Shown: positions 10,710 through 20,803 of the stretch, piece by piece
How positions within the stretch are numbered: the first letter of the stretch is position 1
Layout: every line of letters begins with the position of its first letter
Assembly: GCA_963779615.1 (NCBI GenBank)
Contig: CAVZZA010000001.1
Coordinates: forward strand, 1-64,000
Length of the DNA stretch: 64,000 nucleotides
Direction of reading: 5' to 3'
Origin: an uncultured Nitrososphaeraceae archaeon
GTDB lineage: Archaea; Thermoproteota; Nitrososphaeria; Nitrososphaerales; Nitrososphaeraceae
The notes under the pieces: model-generated
Database searches by the model: none
What the model was told of the DNA's origin: nothing
The model's input: the letters and a program-made list of their open reading frames with translations, nothing else
Translations under genes and position numbers: made by a program

Positions 10710-10990
10710 TCAGACAATCTTGAGGAGACTATCTGCTGTATAACATCATAATCAATTTGTCTTTTATTTGCAACTTTTCGTATAATTGGTTTTAATATAT
10801 ATTCCTCAAATTCTATCTTTGAATTACATTTTAAAATAAGAAAATCAGATTTATCTATGGGTATTCTAAAATTTGATTCATTTGGATTATCTAAAATCAG
10901 ATCAATCAGCTCTTGATAGTTTTGGAATAAGGGTTTCTCTCCAGAATCAGGAAAATTTATACTGTAGGGTGATTTAGATGTAGGTATCGT
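10700..10990 (-). CDS. 96-aa hypothetical protein with non-canonical ACG start (absent from the ORF track)
   Basis: Open frame TIPTSKSPY...SSRLSEWW*. GGAGGT lies 8 nt before the ACG. The stop codon abuts the Prim-Pol start. Confidence 0.6.
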   Translation of the reverse strand, partial: TIPTSKSPYSINFPDSGEKPLFQNYQELIDLILDNPNESNFRIPIDKSDFLILKCNSKIEFEEYILKPIIRKVANKRQIDYDVIQQIVSSRLSEWW

Positions 10991-11018
10991 TTCCGAGGAC
11001 CTCCCTAAGTCACGATGT

Positions 11019-11070
11019 TGTGATTAAGTTTTGTTCTGGGCGACCAACCAAGAGACAAAACTTAATCACA
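11019..11070. repeat. 16-bp perfect inverted repeat with 20-nt spacer
   Basis: TGTGATTAAGTTTTGT (11019-11034) / ACAAAACTTAATCACA (11055-11070). Confidence 0.92.
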
Positions 11071-11114
11071 TTTTGGTATCTTTTGCTTTGACAAAATTTA
11101 TTCATTTTTTTAGC

Positions 11115-11333
11115 TTACACTTCCAGTTTCCTAATTAGAATGCCCTCGGATGTTCCCTCAACTACCACATGGCTTGGTTCATCAAGACCATATTGCTGAG
11201 CGAATGAGCGAGGAATTATTAGGGTGCATGAATGATTTCCGGCCAGCCATGTCTTTATGACATCTTTTTTGTTTGTATTTTCAACTGCTTTGGCATTTTC
11301 AACTACCTTAGAAAGGTTTTGCTTGTTAACCAT
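11115..11333 (-). CDS. AbrB/MazE/SpoVT-family DNA-binding protein
   Basis: AGNHSCTLIIPRSFAQQYGL...GILIRKL swapped-hairpin pattern. Confidence 0.8.
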   Translation of the reverse strand: MVNKQNLSKVVENAKAVENTNKKDVIKTWLAGNHSCTLIIPRSFAQQYGLDEPSHVVVEGTSEGILIRKLEV

Positions 11334-11514
11334 TTTATACCTGTATTATAAAATAGGTGGATGGAATATATACTTTACCTTAAACCAGTAACACCTCAGT
11401 AAAAGAGTAACGAGGTATTTTAGTAACAGTTAATTTTTTTTGAACTTGATTACATGTTTGCAAAATAACTTATATCTGAAAAAAACTATACATATAGTAT
11501 TTAGTGCTTTGGTT

Positions 11515-12000
11515 ATGTCAACAAAAACTATACAACTTAAATCCTTAAAAGAACCAACAGAAGAGTCAAATGGACTTAGAATTCTAATAGCAAGATTTAG
11601 GCCAAGATATCGCCCTAAAGAAAAAGAGAACTGGGATGAATGGTGGAAAGAACTAGCCCCAAGTAAATCGCTATGGAAAGATTATCTCAAAGATAAAAAA
11701 ATAGATTGGCCCGAATACTCAAGGCGATATAAGATGGAGATAAAAGACAATCCCCAGGGAGTAAAAGCCTTGTATAAACTATCTTCCAAAAATATCAATG
11801 GCATCGTTGAAAACAATAAGCACAATGGCAACCAACAAGAGCAACAGAAATTATGCAGCCAAAATAATTCCATGGCAAAATTCAAGGTTGCAACGCTGCT
11901 TTGTCACTGCAAAGATGAAAGATATTGTCACAGGTCAATAGTGAAGGCAATGGTGGATGAACTGTCAGAACAAGAATATCCAATGCCTAAAAATGTTTAA
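11515..12000 (+). CDS. DUF488 (YeaO-like) family protein
   Basis: GLRILIARFRPR, WDEWWKELAPS, TLLCHC..YCHR motifs; ATG 11515 preferred as start. Confidence 0.82.
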   Translation: MSTKTIQLKSLKEPTEESNGLRILIARFRPRYRPKEKENWDEWWKELAPSKSLWKDYLKDKKIDWPEYSRRYKMEIKDNPQGVKALYKLSSKNINGIVENNKHNGNQQEQQKLCSQNNSMAKFKVATLLCHCKDERYCHRSIVKAMVDELSEQEYPMPKNV

Positions 12001-12199
12001 CACTGCAAAGAAAAAATCCTTGACTTGTTAAAGTGATAGTTTGATTTCGCTCCGATCGAACAAAACACAGAGTTTGGGATCTATGGCGCGATTGTCATAT
12101 TCTTACTTCCTGTCTCTGCTCATTTGGTCAAATTGTCATTGTTTCATCTGATGATGATGTTCTAAATTGCAGCGTGTGGCATTTGGAATATTGCAATAA

Positions 12200-12576
12200 C
12201 CGTTAGAAGGCTAGGCGTGGAAACCAGAAACAATGACAAACAAGAGCATTTCCTCAAGTTTTTCAGGTAATGGAACACTCAATGATGCCATCAACATAAG
12301 TGCTGAAGGAAATGCCTCCTAGACTTTCAGAAACAATAATACATCCTATATTCAAGGAAAAGCAAAGATTGTTACTGAGAATAAAGACATAGCATTATAT
12401 AACTTTTATGCAATTGGCAACTACAATCCAGATGGCACTTTTGACGGCAGTGGAGTGGCAATTTTGATGACGGTGCTACAGGTGAACTCTCTTTTCTGAG
12501 CAATTCAGTGGCCATTTATAAGGACCAAGTCGACAAGAATGGGACCGGCACATTTCTTATGTGGCACTGGAGATAG
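12200..12576 (+). pseudogene. degraded hypothetical protein (5' boundary approximate)
   Basis: SFSGNGTLNDAINISAEGNAS*TFRNN...GSGVAI / FDDGATGELSFLSNSVAIYKDQVDKNGTGTFLMWHWR*. Internal TAG at 12320-12322 and a frameshift near 12465. Confidence 0.6.
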
Positions 12577-13226
12577 AAACTAATGAAAGAATGAATATTG
12601 GATAAACAGACAGATACATCCCACTGCTGCATGTATAGATGGTTAAAAATAAATGAGTATACAATATTAAAGCTGAAGGATATGTGAATTACAACCTATT
12701 GATTTAACATCAATTAAAGGTCAAACAAGCAAATAATTCAATAACCGTTTAGTAGTATTGCGGCTTCCATATCCAAAAGAAAGTATTTTTGATGTTTGAT
12801 GCATTTTTTATCTCTATATTTATTATAAAAATGACAAATGGAATTACTTTTAACAGGCATCGTTAATAATTATTGTAGAGTAAATAAATCTCTATAACCC
12901 AAAACAATATCAATATTCCAGTTTTTATCATTGAGGATAAATTGATTTGGCATAACAAGAATTAGGAACATGTACTGCTATTAAATTTTAACGCATATTC
13001 CTTCATTGAAAATACACTACATCATTTTAGTTAGAATAATATTTTTTTATTAAATTACCAGGTTTAAGGCAAAATTTGTCCATACCATTTATAAAACTAT
13101 CAGGTCTTCCAGAGTACCGGAAAATGATTAAAAAGGTTTAAGGATTTTGATTTTGTCAAATTTATTTATTTCGATATATTAAAAGGTGTGTTTCACGTAT
13201 TAATATATACAAGTAAAAATAAAAAA

Positions 13227-13835
13227 ATGAAAGAGGATACTTTTAGTAATAAAAATACCGACACAGAAAATAAAGATAACAACACTAAAAACCCTTCTGT
13301 CCCGTCTAGCGATTATCCGATAGAGTTAACGCAAGAACAAAAGAAGATACAAAACAACTATCGCATCAAGTTATCAAAATTAAAAGACTTTAATGAAACT
13401 TTTGAATTGGTCAAGTCTGCTGTTGATGCCAAATTTAAAATGCACAGGGCGGGATTAAGCTTGGTGCTACAAGTCTTGCCAACACAATTGGGGGCTTATC
13501 ACATATTGGGTTCAAACATGATTATAATGAATAAACGCATACTAGACATAATAAAACTAAGAAAATCTTTATTGGAATATAATGCATACTTGTTTATGGT
13601 ACTTTGTCATGAATACTTTCACAGCTTTGGCATCATAGATGAGAAGCAAGTGAGGATAATGACATATGATCTTTGCCAATCACTATTAGGAGATGACCAC
13701 CCATCTTCATTGATGGCTAGATATGAACCATGGAAAGTATTTCCAGAACTGCAATTATACCAAACAAACAAGTTTGAAAATAGGTTTGAAATAATAAAGA
13801 ACTTTGATAAAACAACACAATCATACATAAATTAG
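13227..13835 (+). CDS. conserved protein with HExxH zinc-metallopeptidase motif
   Basis: VLCHEYFHSFG motif; intact ORF; ATG 13227 preferred as start. Confidence 0.72.
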   Translation: MKEDTFSNKNTDTENKDNNTKNPSVPSSDYPIELTQEQKKIQNNYRIKLSKLKDFNETFELVKSAVDAKFKMHRAGLSLVLQVLPTQLGAYHILGSNMIIMNKRILDIIKLRKSLLEYNAYLFMVLCHEYFHSFGIIDEKQVRIMTYDLCQSLLGDDHPSSLMARYEPWKVFPELQLYQTNKFENRFEIIKNFDKTTQSYIN

Positions 13836-14149
13836 ATTTTTTATTTTGTAGACACAATCAACTCCATAGAATGAATCAACAATACTAACATCATTCAAAT
13901 CAGTAAACATTTGAGAATAAATAGCAGCATTAATCCGATTATTGACACAGTTTATCATGTTTTGTTAAGGGAACACAAGACACAGACATATGTATTTGTT
14001 GACTACACCACCACCTATTTTTCGAAAAGTTTCCAAGTCAAAATATAAAAAACAAAATAAATAATATAGCGGATAAAACATAATTGGCTTTCGCGGTTAG
14101 GCACCTGAATGCCGTACCCATACAAGCCTTTAATGAGACCTGAATTATT

Positions 14150-14560
14150 AGCATTCGATCAGGGATCCAAGGCAAACACCCGGATTCGGTTATTATTGTA
14201 TCGCCCACATACACATTGCCCGACTAAAATTTATTCCGATACCCCTCAGGTAACTAAACTTGTCATTGATAGAGCCGCAAAGTCCCCATTTAAGCTAAAT
14301 GAATAGTGTTTTTGCATATACTCGTTTAATGCATTACATCTTACTTTGTCCATTTGCATCCATACTGCCACTGCAATCTACACTAAAGTTTTGCACCAGT
14401 TTTAATTGTACAGGCGCATTAGCTGTAATTTCAGAAGCAACATTATAAGCACCAAGGTTCACGGTGACGTGGGTACCTTCCATAGAGCCAACAATAGAAC
14501 TTGAGTTTGAATTGCTATGGCTATTGTCAAAAATTCCCGTAACATGCACTCAAAAGATGA
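14150..14560 (-). pseudogene. remnant of a secreted surface protein with an NHL-like repeat (boundaries approximate)
   Basis: Fragment GSMEGTHVTVNLGAYNV..FSVDCSGSM and a frameshifted GNVYVGD.NNNRIRVF; multiple stop codons. Confidence 0.45.
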
Positions 14561-14949
14561 TGGTTGGAGGCATGCAAAGCCTTCAGGGCATTTAACACAC
14601 CGTTACCAAGAGAGTTCCTATATATGGGGTTGGAATCTAGGGTTGTGGATTTTTTTGCTCTTAGTGATTATGACGGCTGAAACAGTAGCAGTGAGGTGGG
14701 CATAGTCAAATTAATGGAGTTGCCCTAATCGTAAAATCCAGAAGCGGCAGTATAATTGCCCATTATCTGTTGGCTTTGGTTTGCATGTTTGTAACCATCA
14801 GATATATCGCAGGCATTCTTCCGGTTCATCTGCTATTTGATGTCTTGTTTTAGGTCCGAGGCGCGAAGGCTTTCAGCACATGCTGACTATTGACAAAGTT
14901 TTTTTATTTTATAGACATGAAAGGACCAACCAAACCTGAAAGAATGACC

Positions 14950-15535
14950 CTATAATGGCGACAAACCGTCAAAATTATCCACCTTTGTTCTCAATCCATC
15001 AATTTCCTTTTCAAATTGAAGTTTCTTTGAATGCAGATGCCAAATATGATCATTGAGCAAATCCACCGTTTTGCGCAAGTCCAAAAGGTGTTTTTGGGTT
15101 CCCAGGAGTTCTGTAATCCCCTGTTTACTCAATCCCTCTTTTTTTATACGCCTGTACAGATGCACCAAGAGTTCAAAGTCATCACCCTTTAACTCGTTGT
15201 ACATATTTACCAAACCCCCCCATTCTTGACAGCCGTAGATAGTCGTCAAAATAAACCAGGATGGTGTCGGCTTCAATATCCAACTCAATTGCCACGTCTG
15301 CAAGGTCTTTTTTGTCTTTGAACATCTTAAAGGCCTGGGCATAGGTGGACAAATTCTTCAGCTGCCTTTCTTTCTTCGCCTCCTCGATGGCGACGTCATC
15401 ACCGGTTACTCGGTTAATTATTTCTCCAATGGCTCTAAAAGATATGTGTACCTGTTCGGCTATTTCACGGATTGTCCTGCCCTCATTGGCAAGTTTGACA
15501 ACTTGATCTTCTTTTTCACGTTTGCTTAATAACAA
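14950..15535 (-). pseudogene. HTH/coiled-coil protein split by a frameshift in a G7 tract
   Basis: LLSKREKEDQVVKLANEGRTIREIAEQVHIS HTH. ORFs 15182-15631 and 14950-15342 join if the C run 15215-15221 is one base shorter. Confidence 0.7.
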
Positions 15536-15984
15536 TACATCTGTATATATAGCAATTAGTTTATATATAAGGCAATCTGATTCCCTTGATTCCTTGATTT
15601 TTTTGGCCCGGCTCATAACATTGCATAACACCAGAGTGTGATAGTATTCAGGCCAAAGTTATTCATATGCAAGGCTACTATCTTCAACCCTGACGATGGA
15701 CCTTTGGGATTAACGGATCGGGACGTTCCATAACCTGAGCGTTCAAGTCATTGCAAGGTTTCAAGCCTGCACCTGCAACTGTGACGCCTGGCCAGAGGAT
15801 ACATAATGTGTCAACCATATTTTCCTATCTATGAGGCATCGGGGTTTAAATACCATTCTCAAGGTGTTTCTCAATGGAAGCCCCTACTGAAAAAAGCAGT
15901 ATGCTGTAACGGTCGTCACTACGGCTTCTTGAACTTTGACACTAGGTTATGTACGCATTCAATACAAATACCTGGCATTTCATG

Positions 15985-16074
15985 ATGGCAATGGCAATGG
16001 CAATGGCAATGGCAATGGCAATGGCAATGGCAATGGCAATGGCAATGGCAATGGCAATGGCAATGGCAATGGCA
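15985..16074 (+). repeat. perfect hexanucleotide microsatellite (ATGGCA)15
   Basis: Counted directly from the sequence. Confidence 0.97.
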
Positions 16075-17435
16075 ATGCTAACAGCAGTCAACCTTTCACC
16101 CAAAGCACTAGTGCCTATACAATGCCCTTTTGGCATCATGCCAGGCATGCCATGCGGTCAGGATAACCACCTGTAATTCCCTTGGGAACAGCGGTGCTCA
16201 GGTAGAGGATGTGGTGTCGTCATTTGTAAAGGAGGAATGGGACATATCCATCTAGGCATCAAGATCTTCAATGACTATTTTTTGTCAGCAATAGCCATTG
16301 CAGGATAAAAGTGCAAGGTGATGGTGGGCCTGGATGGAATATGGTGAAAATGATTTTTCAAGCCATCACATGGATAGCGCCACAGTACACCGCCAAAAGG
16401 ACCATGAGACATCGAGAGATGGTGACGGTATGCCGGGCCATTCTTGCAAAGACCCCAAGATGAAAGGCAATAAATCCTATTCCAGAGGTCTGGCTTGCAA
16501 CCAAGATCATCGTGATTCCGCTGGATTGCCCATTTAGGGCCTCTGACCTGCCTCCAATTCCCACTTCCTGAGGAGGTCTCCATATTGCGAGGCGATGGAC
16601 TCATCCTTGATTATATACACAGCTATTTACTGCCGTCGCCCATATGCGACCTCCAACAAGTCCTTCCGCTGTCGTAAATCCCATAAACTAATTATATATT
16701 TATGGCGTCAAAGCAAATTTTCGCGCGGCATTGACAACACGGAATTAACTGCAACCATCACAAAAGTATCCCACATCCCATTTAGGGCATGAGTGGTAAA
16801 CTAACTGGACAATATTTGTCCCAGGGAAAGCCATTTGTAGCTTCAGGAATTGCCACTTGACTTCACCGCAGGAATATCAAAGGCATGTGACGAGATTACA
16901 CCGAGTTGTCCATAATCTTCAAGTCGTTTTAGTGATTTTAGTGAAAGGGAGTTTATGGGTTTGACTACAGAGGAGGTCATGTTGACAAGTCTGGCGGTTA
17001 CTTTCCATAGGCGCGGGTTATGTCACAAATGGCTGGTTTACCTGCATCAGTTATTGCGCCATTGTATCCAGCAGCAGAATATCTACTTGTTAGGGAAAAC
17101 ATTATAGCATACAAAATCAAATCAAACGATACATAGTCAAATGCGACAAACACAACAAAAGAATACCAAATGGTGAGGATTCAAGCGCAAGAATAAGGCG
17201 CAAGTGGCTCATGATATTATTCAACGGATATTGATTGCTGGTAACGCCAAAAGCCCAATAACTTTTTTGAACAGGTCCAAGTTTGGGATTTAGTTCATTG
17301 TTCTGCTTTCGATAGGCCACATTTTTAATCATTTCAAATACAACAGTAATTCATTGGCTTGTTTCCTTCAACACAAAACATCACAATCAAAATTTTATCA
17401 TACAACATATATTTACTAAACGCGTATTATAAGAA

Positions 17436-17666
17436 ATGGCAAGGTATAGAAATTACAAAAGGTCAGGTAACGGTTTTCTAGCGCGATTGCTAGGTTATGC
17501 CATAACTTCACTCATCATCCCCTTTGTTATCTACATGGTAAAAAGGAAACTAGTTCAGCAACAACGCCTTGTATGCAACAAATGTCATGGAAAACTAGAA
17601 CTGATTGAAAGGAACCAATACTATTGCAGGAATTGCAAAATTATTAGGATTGACCATGACAAATAA
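17436..17666 (+). CDS. small membrane protein with C-terminal zinc ribbon
   Basis: One TM segment followed by CNKC...CRNC. Confidence 0.72.
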   Translation: MARYRNYKRSGNGFLARLLGYAITSLIIPFVIYMVKRKLVQQQRLVCNKCHGKLELIERNQYYCRNCKIIRIDHDK

Positions 17667-17769
17667 AATAAAATAAAAAAAATTCAAGATTATACCTTAT
17701 TAGGGCTTTTTGCTAAATTTCAGAATCAAAACACTAAATTTCTGTTGCACATGACACTAAAAATTTTAT

Positions 17770-19182
17770 TCATGTCATTTTAGTTGCTTTATTTGGTTTG
17801 CCCAAAGTGTGTCTTAAAGCCGATTCCAAGTCACTGAGAACAAAATTAAATCCATTTAAAGACAATTTCCTTGGAATAGCTTTAACATCAGAGAGTATCG
17901 TATACCTTGACATCTCACCTGCTAACGTCTCGATGATTTTTGGCGGTATCTTTATATTAAAATAGGCGTTCCAAACTTTTCCCAAAATTTTCATGAATTC
18001 CGAGTACTTTACCTGTTTTGGAGAAACAGCATTTACTGGCCCCGAGATGTCATCGTTGCAAATACAAAATAAAATCACCCTCAACAAGTCATCCAAAGAT
18101 ATCCAACTTAGCCAATTATCACTGTTTATCATTACGTTAGTCTTTAGCCTATTCAAAGGCATCAACTTTTCAAGGACTCCCCCAGACGATCCCAGCACTA
18201 TTCCTGTCCTTAGGTTTACAACCCTTATTCCAGCGCTTTTTGCCATGTCGGTTGCCTCCTCCCATTTATAGCAAACATCAGAGAGAAAATCACAGTCATT
18301 TCTCTTGTATTCATCAGTATCACTAAAGGTTTGGTCATGGTCATTTCCATAGACTCCTATGGCAGAAGCAGAAACCAACACCTTTGGGGGTTTGTCCATT
18401 TGAGACAGATTTTTGCAAAGAGATTGGGTGGATTTTACTCGACTGTCAAAAATCCTTTGCCTTTTGTCTTTGGTCCATAACCCAAATATGTTATCACCAT
18501 TAAGATTAACCACTGCTTCAAATTTGCCATCCAGGTCAGGCAGCGTACCAGAAAAATCAGGGTACACTCTTTTTGCAATGTCATAATCAGATGAGGGTGT
18601 GCTTCTCAAGAGTCGCGTTACGCCATAGCCCCTTCCCCCTGTGCAAAGAAATGGTATTAGGGCAGAACCAATAAATCCGCTTGAGCCGCAAACAAGAATA
18701 TCTTTTATTTTTGGATTGTGAATTTTTTGATGGGTTTCAAGGTCCATTGCGGTGATTCTGTGCCTGTATTGGAACATGGAGGCTAAATCATTGTTAACTA
18801 GTTTTGAAAACGTCTTTCCAATTGGCCCCAATGGCAATTTATAAGATATGTTGTCCTCAAGTTCGCTTTTGTTATTCCCAATGCCCAAGAAATTATGTTG
18901 GTGAGCCCAATGAGAAAAAAATCCTTTTGTTTGAACATCCCTAAAGGTTTTATCTTTGACATAACCCTCATGTTTTACTTTCCACTTGATGCCTCTGTTT
19001 CCAATGAATGGTAGTTTTACAGTTACAGTTCCACCGTTCTCTATGGAACCTTCTTTTGAAACAATGTAAAGTGGACGCCAAGGTGGATTCAATCGTTCAA
19101 ATGCACCTACTTGCATATGCCACCCAAAAAGAGAAGACACAGGCAAATCAAATTCTGACCGGATTGCAAACTCACTCAACAA
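17770..19182 (-). CDS. TIGR01777 (YfcH-like) NAD-dependent epimerase fused to an N-terminal SRPBCC domain
   Basis: GAFERLNPPW, FRDVQ.KG.F..W.HQH (SRPBCC); GSSGFIG, SASAIGVYG, RTGIVL, NAVSP. Confidence 0.9.
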   Translation of the reverse strand: MLSEFAIRSEFDLPVSSLFGWHMQVGAFERLNPPWRPLYIVSKEGSIENGGTVTVKLPFIGNRGIKWKVKHEGYVKDKTFRDVQTKGFFSHWAHQHNFLGIGNNKSELEDNISYKLPLGPIGKTFSKLVNNDLASMFQYRHRITAMDLETHQKIHNPKIKDILVCGSSGFIGSALIPFLCTGGRGYGVTRLLRSTPSSDYDIAKRVYPDFSGTLPDLDGKFEAVVNLNGDNIFGLWTKDKRQRIFDSRVKSTQSLCKNLSQMDKPPKVLVSASAIGVYGNDHDQTFSDTDEYKRNDCDFLSDVCYKWEEATDMAKSAGIRVVNLRTGIVLGSSGGVLEKLMPLNRLKTNVMINSDNWLSWISLDDLLRVILFCICNDDISGPVNAVSPKQVKYSEFMKILGKVWNAYFNIKIPPKIIETLAGEMSRYTILSDVKAIPRKLSLNGFNFVLSDLESALRHTLGKPNKATKMT

Positions 19183-19465
19183 TCATAATTAAGAACAATA
19201 GCATAAATAAGCATACTATGGTGACTATTTTGTGGCAATAGATTGGTAGTGTTTAAAAAGACATCATTAAATCATGGCAATTCCATGGTAATGACTATAC
19301 ACCGTTTTTTTACAAATCAGTGTTTTTGACAGGGTAAAGTTAGATTAGTCACATTTATACCAAAATAGCCGATTACGGTATTTCTGCTTGGCATTGGCTT
19401 TTTTTGTAATAAAAAAGTGCTTTAGAAAATAATTAATAGTCTAGCACAAATAATCATAACCAATA

Positions 19466-19852
19466 ATGCCAACAGTTCAGTTTTTTGAAATACCTGCAGA
19501 TGATCTTGAACGAGCCAAAAAGTTTTACAACGAATTATTTGGATGGAAAATTGAAAAAGAGGAAACAAATAATGAGGGTTCTGAAGGTCAATATTTGTTC
19601 TTTAAAACAACCGATGAAAACGGAAGACCCGGAATCGGGGGAGGAATGATGAAAAGACAGCACCCTCAACAAATGATTTGCAATTTCATCACCATTTCAT
19701 CAATAGACAGTTATTCTTCCAAAATAGAGCAATTGGGAGGCAAAATATTGGTGCCCAAAACCGCAGCAAAGGGACATGGTTATTTTGTAGTTTGTTCGGA
19801 TACAGAAAATAACCACTTTGGGATTTTTGAAGAAGACATCAATGCCAAATGA
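19466..19852 (+). CDS. VOC/glyoxalase family protein
   Basis: FFEIPADDLERAKKFY, GIGGGM, DTENNHFGI. Confidence 0.9.
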   Translation: MPTVQFFEIPADDLERAKKFYNELFGWKIEKEETNNEGSEGQYLFFKTTDENGRPGIGGGMMKRQHPQQMICNFITISSIDSYSSKIEQLGGKILVPKTAAKGHGYFVVCSDTENNHFGIFEEDINAK

Positions 19853-20019
19853 TTAAAAAACACAATAATAAACAGAGTCGATTACCCCTTTATGCAATAA
19901 TAACACACATTTTTGCTTTTTTATTATATATCGCTCCATAATTGTCATTATGTTTTGGATAAATTTTTTTATGAGTTTAGTTTATCTTATCTGCATACAC
20001 AAAAGCATGTCTTGACATA

Positions 20020-20265
20020 TTACCGCAACAAATGAGGAAATATTTTATCTATTTTCTTTTTCACATCTTTTGGCATATTGGGATCATCCATAATCATGTG
20101 GAGATCTGCCCTATTAATGCAAAGACCGTTTTTATCGATTTTATAAAACCATTTTATGTCTATGGGGCTCAGTAAATCAGTTTGTTTGATACACCCTTTC
20201 ATTCCACAAGTACCAAGGTCTTCCTTACTAAAGCAGATGTGTCCTGATGGGCATTCATAAATCAT
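20020..20265 (-). CDS. small Cys/His-rich hypothetical protein
   Basis: ECPSGHIC...CGMKGC; TATA-like element upstream. Confidence 0.7.
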   Translation of the reverse strand: MIYECPSGHICFSKEDLGTCGMKGCIKQTDLLSPIDIKWFYKIDKNGLCINRADLHMIMDDPNMPKDVKKKIDKIFPHLLR

Positions 20266-20303
20266 TTACAATATTATATGTTATTAGATATAAAAATAGT
20301 AAA

Positions 20304-20495
20304 CTAGGAAAACTGTTGTTGGTTTTTTGATAGCAAAGTCAAACCTTTTTCCTCATTAGAGTTTTCAGTTGAAGATTCATCCTTTTCAGGAATTATGTCA
20401 TTCATTGAATCGTTGGAAATCTTTTTTCTGTATTTTTTAGACAAATCCTTGGGTCTGTAAACAGCACCCATATGATATGATATAGGCAAATGCAA
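20304..20495 (-). CDS. small hydrophilic hypothetical protein
   Basis: 63-aa ORF co-oriented with its neighbours; no recognisable motif. Confidence 0.3.
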   Translation of the reverse strand: MHLPISYHMGAVYRPKDLSKKYRKKISNDSMNDIIPEKDESSTENSNEEKGLTLLSKNQQQFS

Positions 20496-20803
20496 TAATA
20501 AACTTGATCCTAATAAATCTCTCTCAATAGTAAATCTTTAATTTTAAGTTAATCCGTTGTTTCGTGTTAAAGCATCATAACATGATAACAACTATCTCCA
20601 AATTTAATCTGTTATTTTGATTAGATGCACAAGATGTACAAGGAGCCAAACAAAACTATCCCTTTCTTTCTTCACCCTTTTACTCCGACCAAGCTTCTAC
20701 ATGCTACAAATAACTCAAAAATGCATAAATTCCAAATTAAGATTTCTTTCAGGCATGTTGTGGGTGGCTTGAAATCCTCAAGTCCATCCAAAGTTTGAAT
20801 AAT

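Noticed and set aside
15936-16176. Poly-MA, poly-IA and poly-GN ORFs as real genes
   Set aside because: They stay open only because the hexamer repeat lacks stop codons; no credible start context.
16260-17100. GC-richer stretch with several short overlapping ORFs and a repeated CCCATTTAGGGC
   Set aside because: Probably decayed coding DNA, but no family could be recognised; a 12-bp repeat alone is too weak to call an att site.
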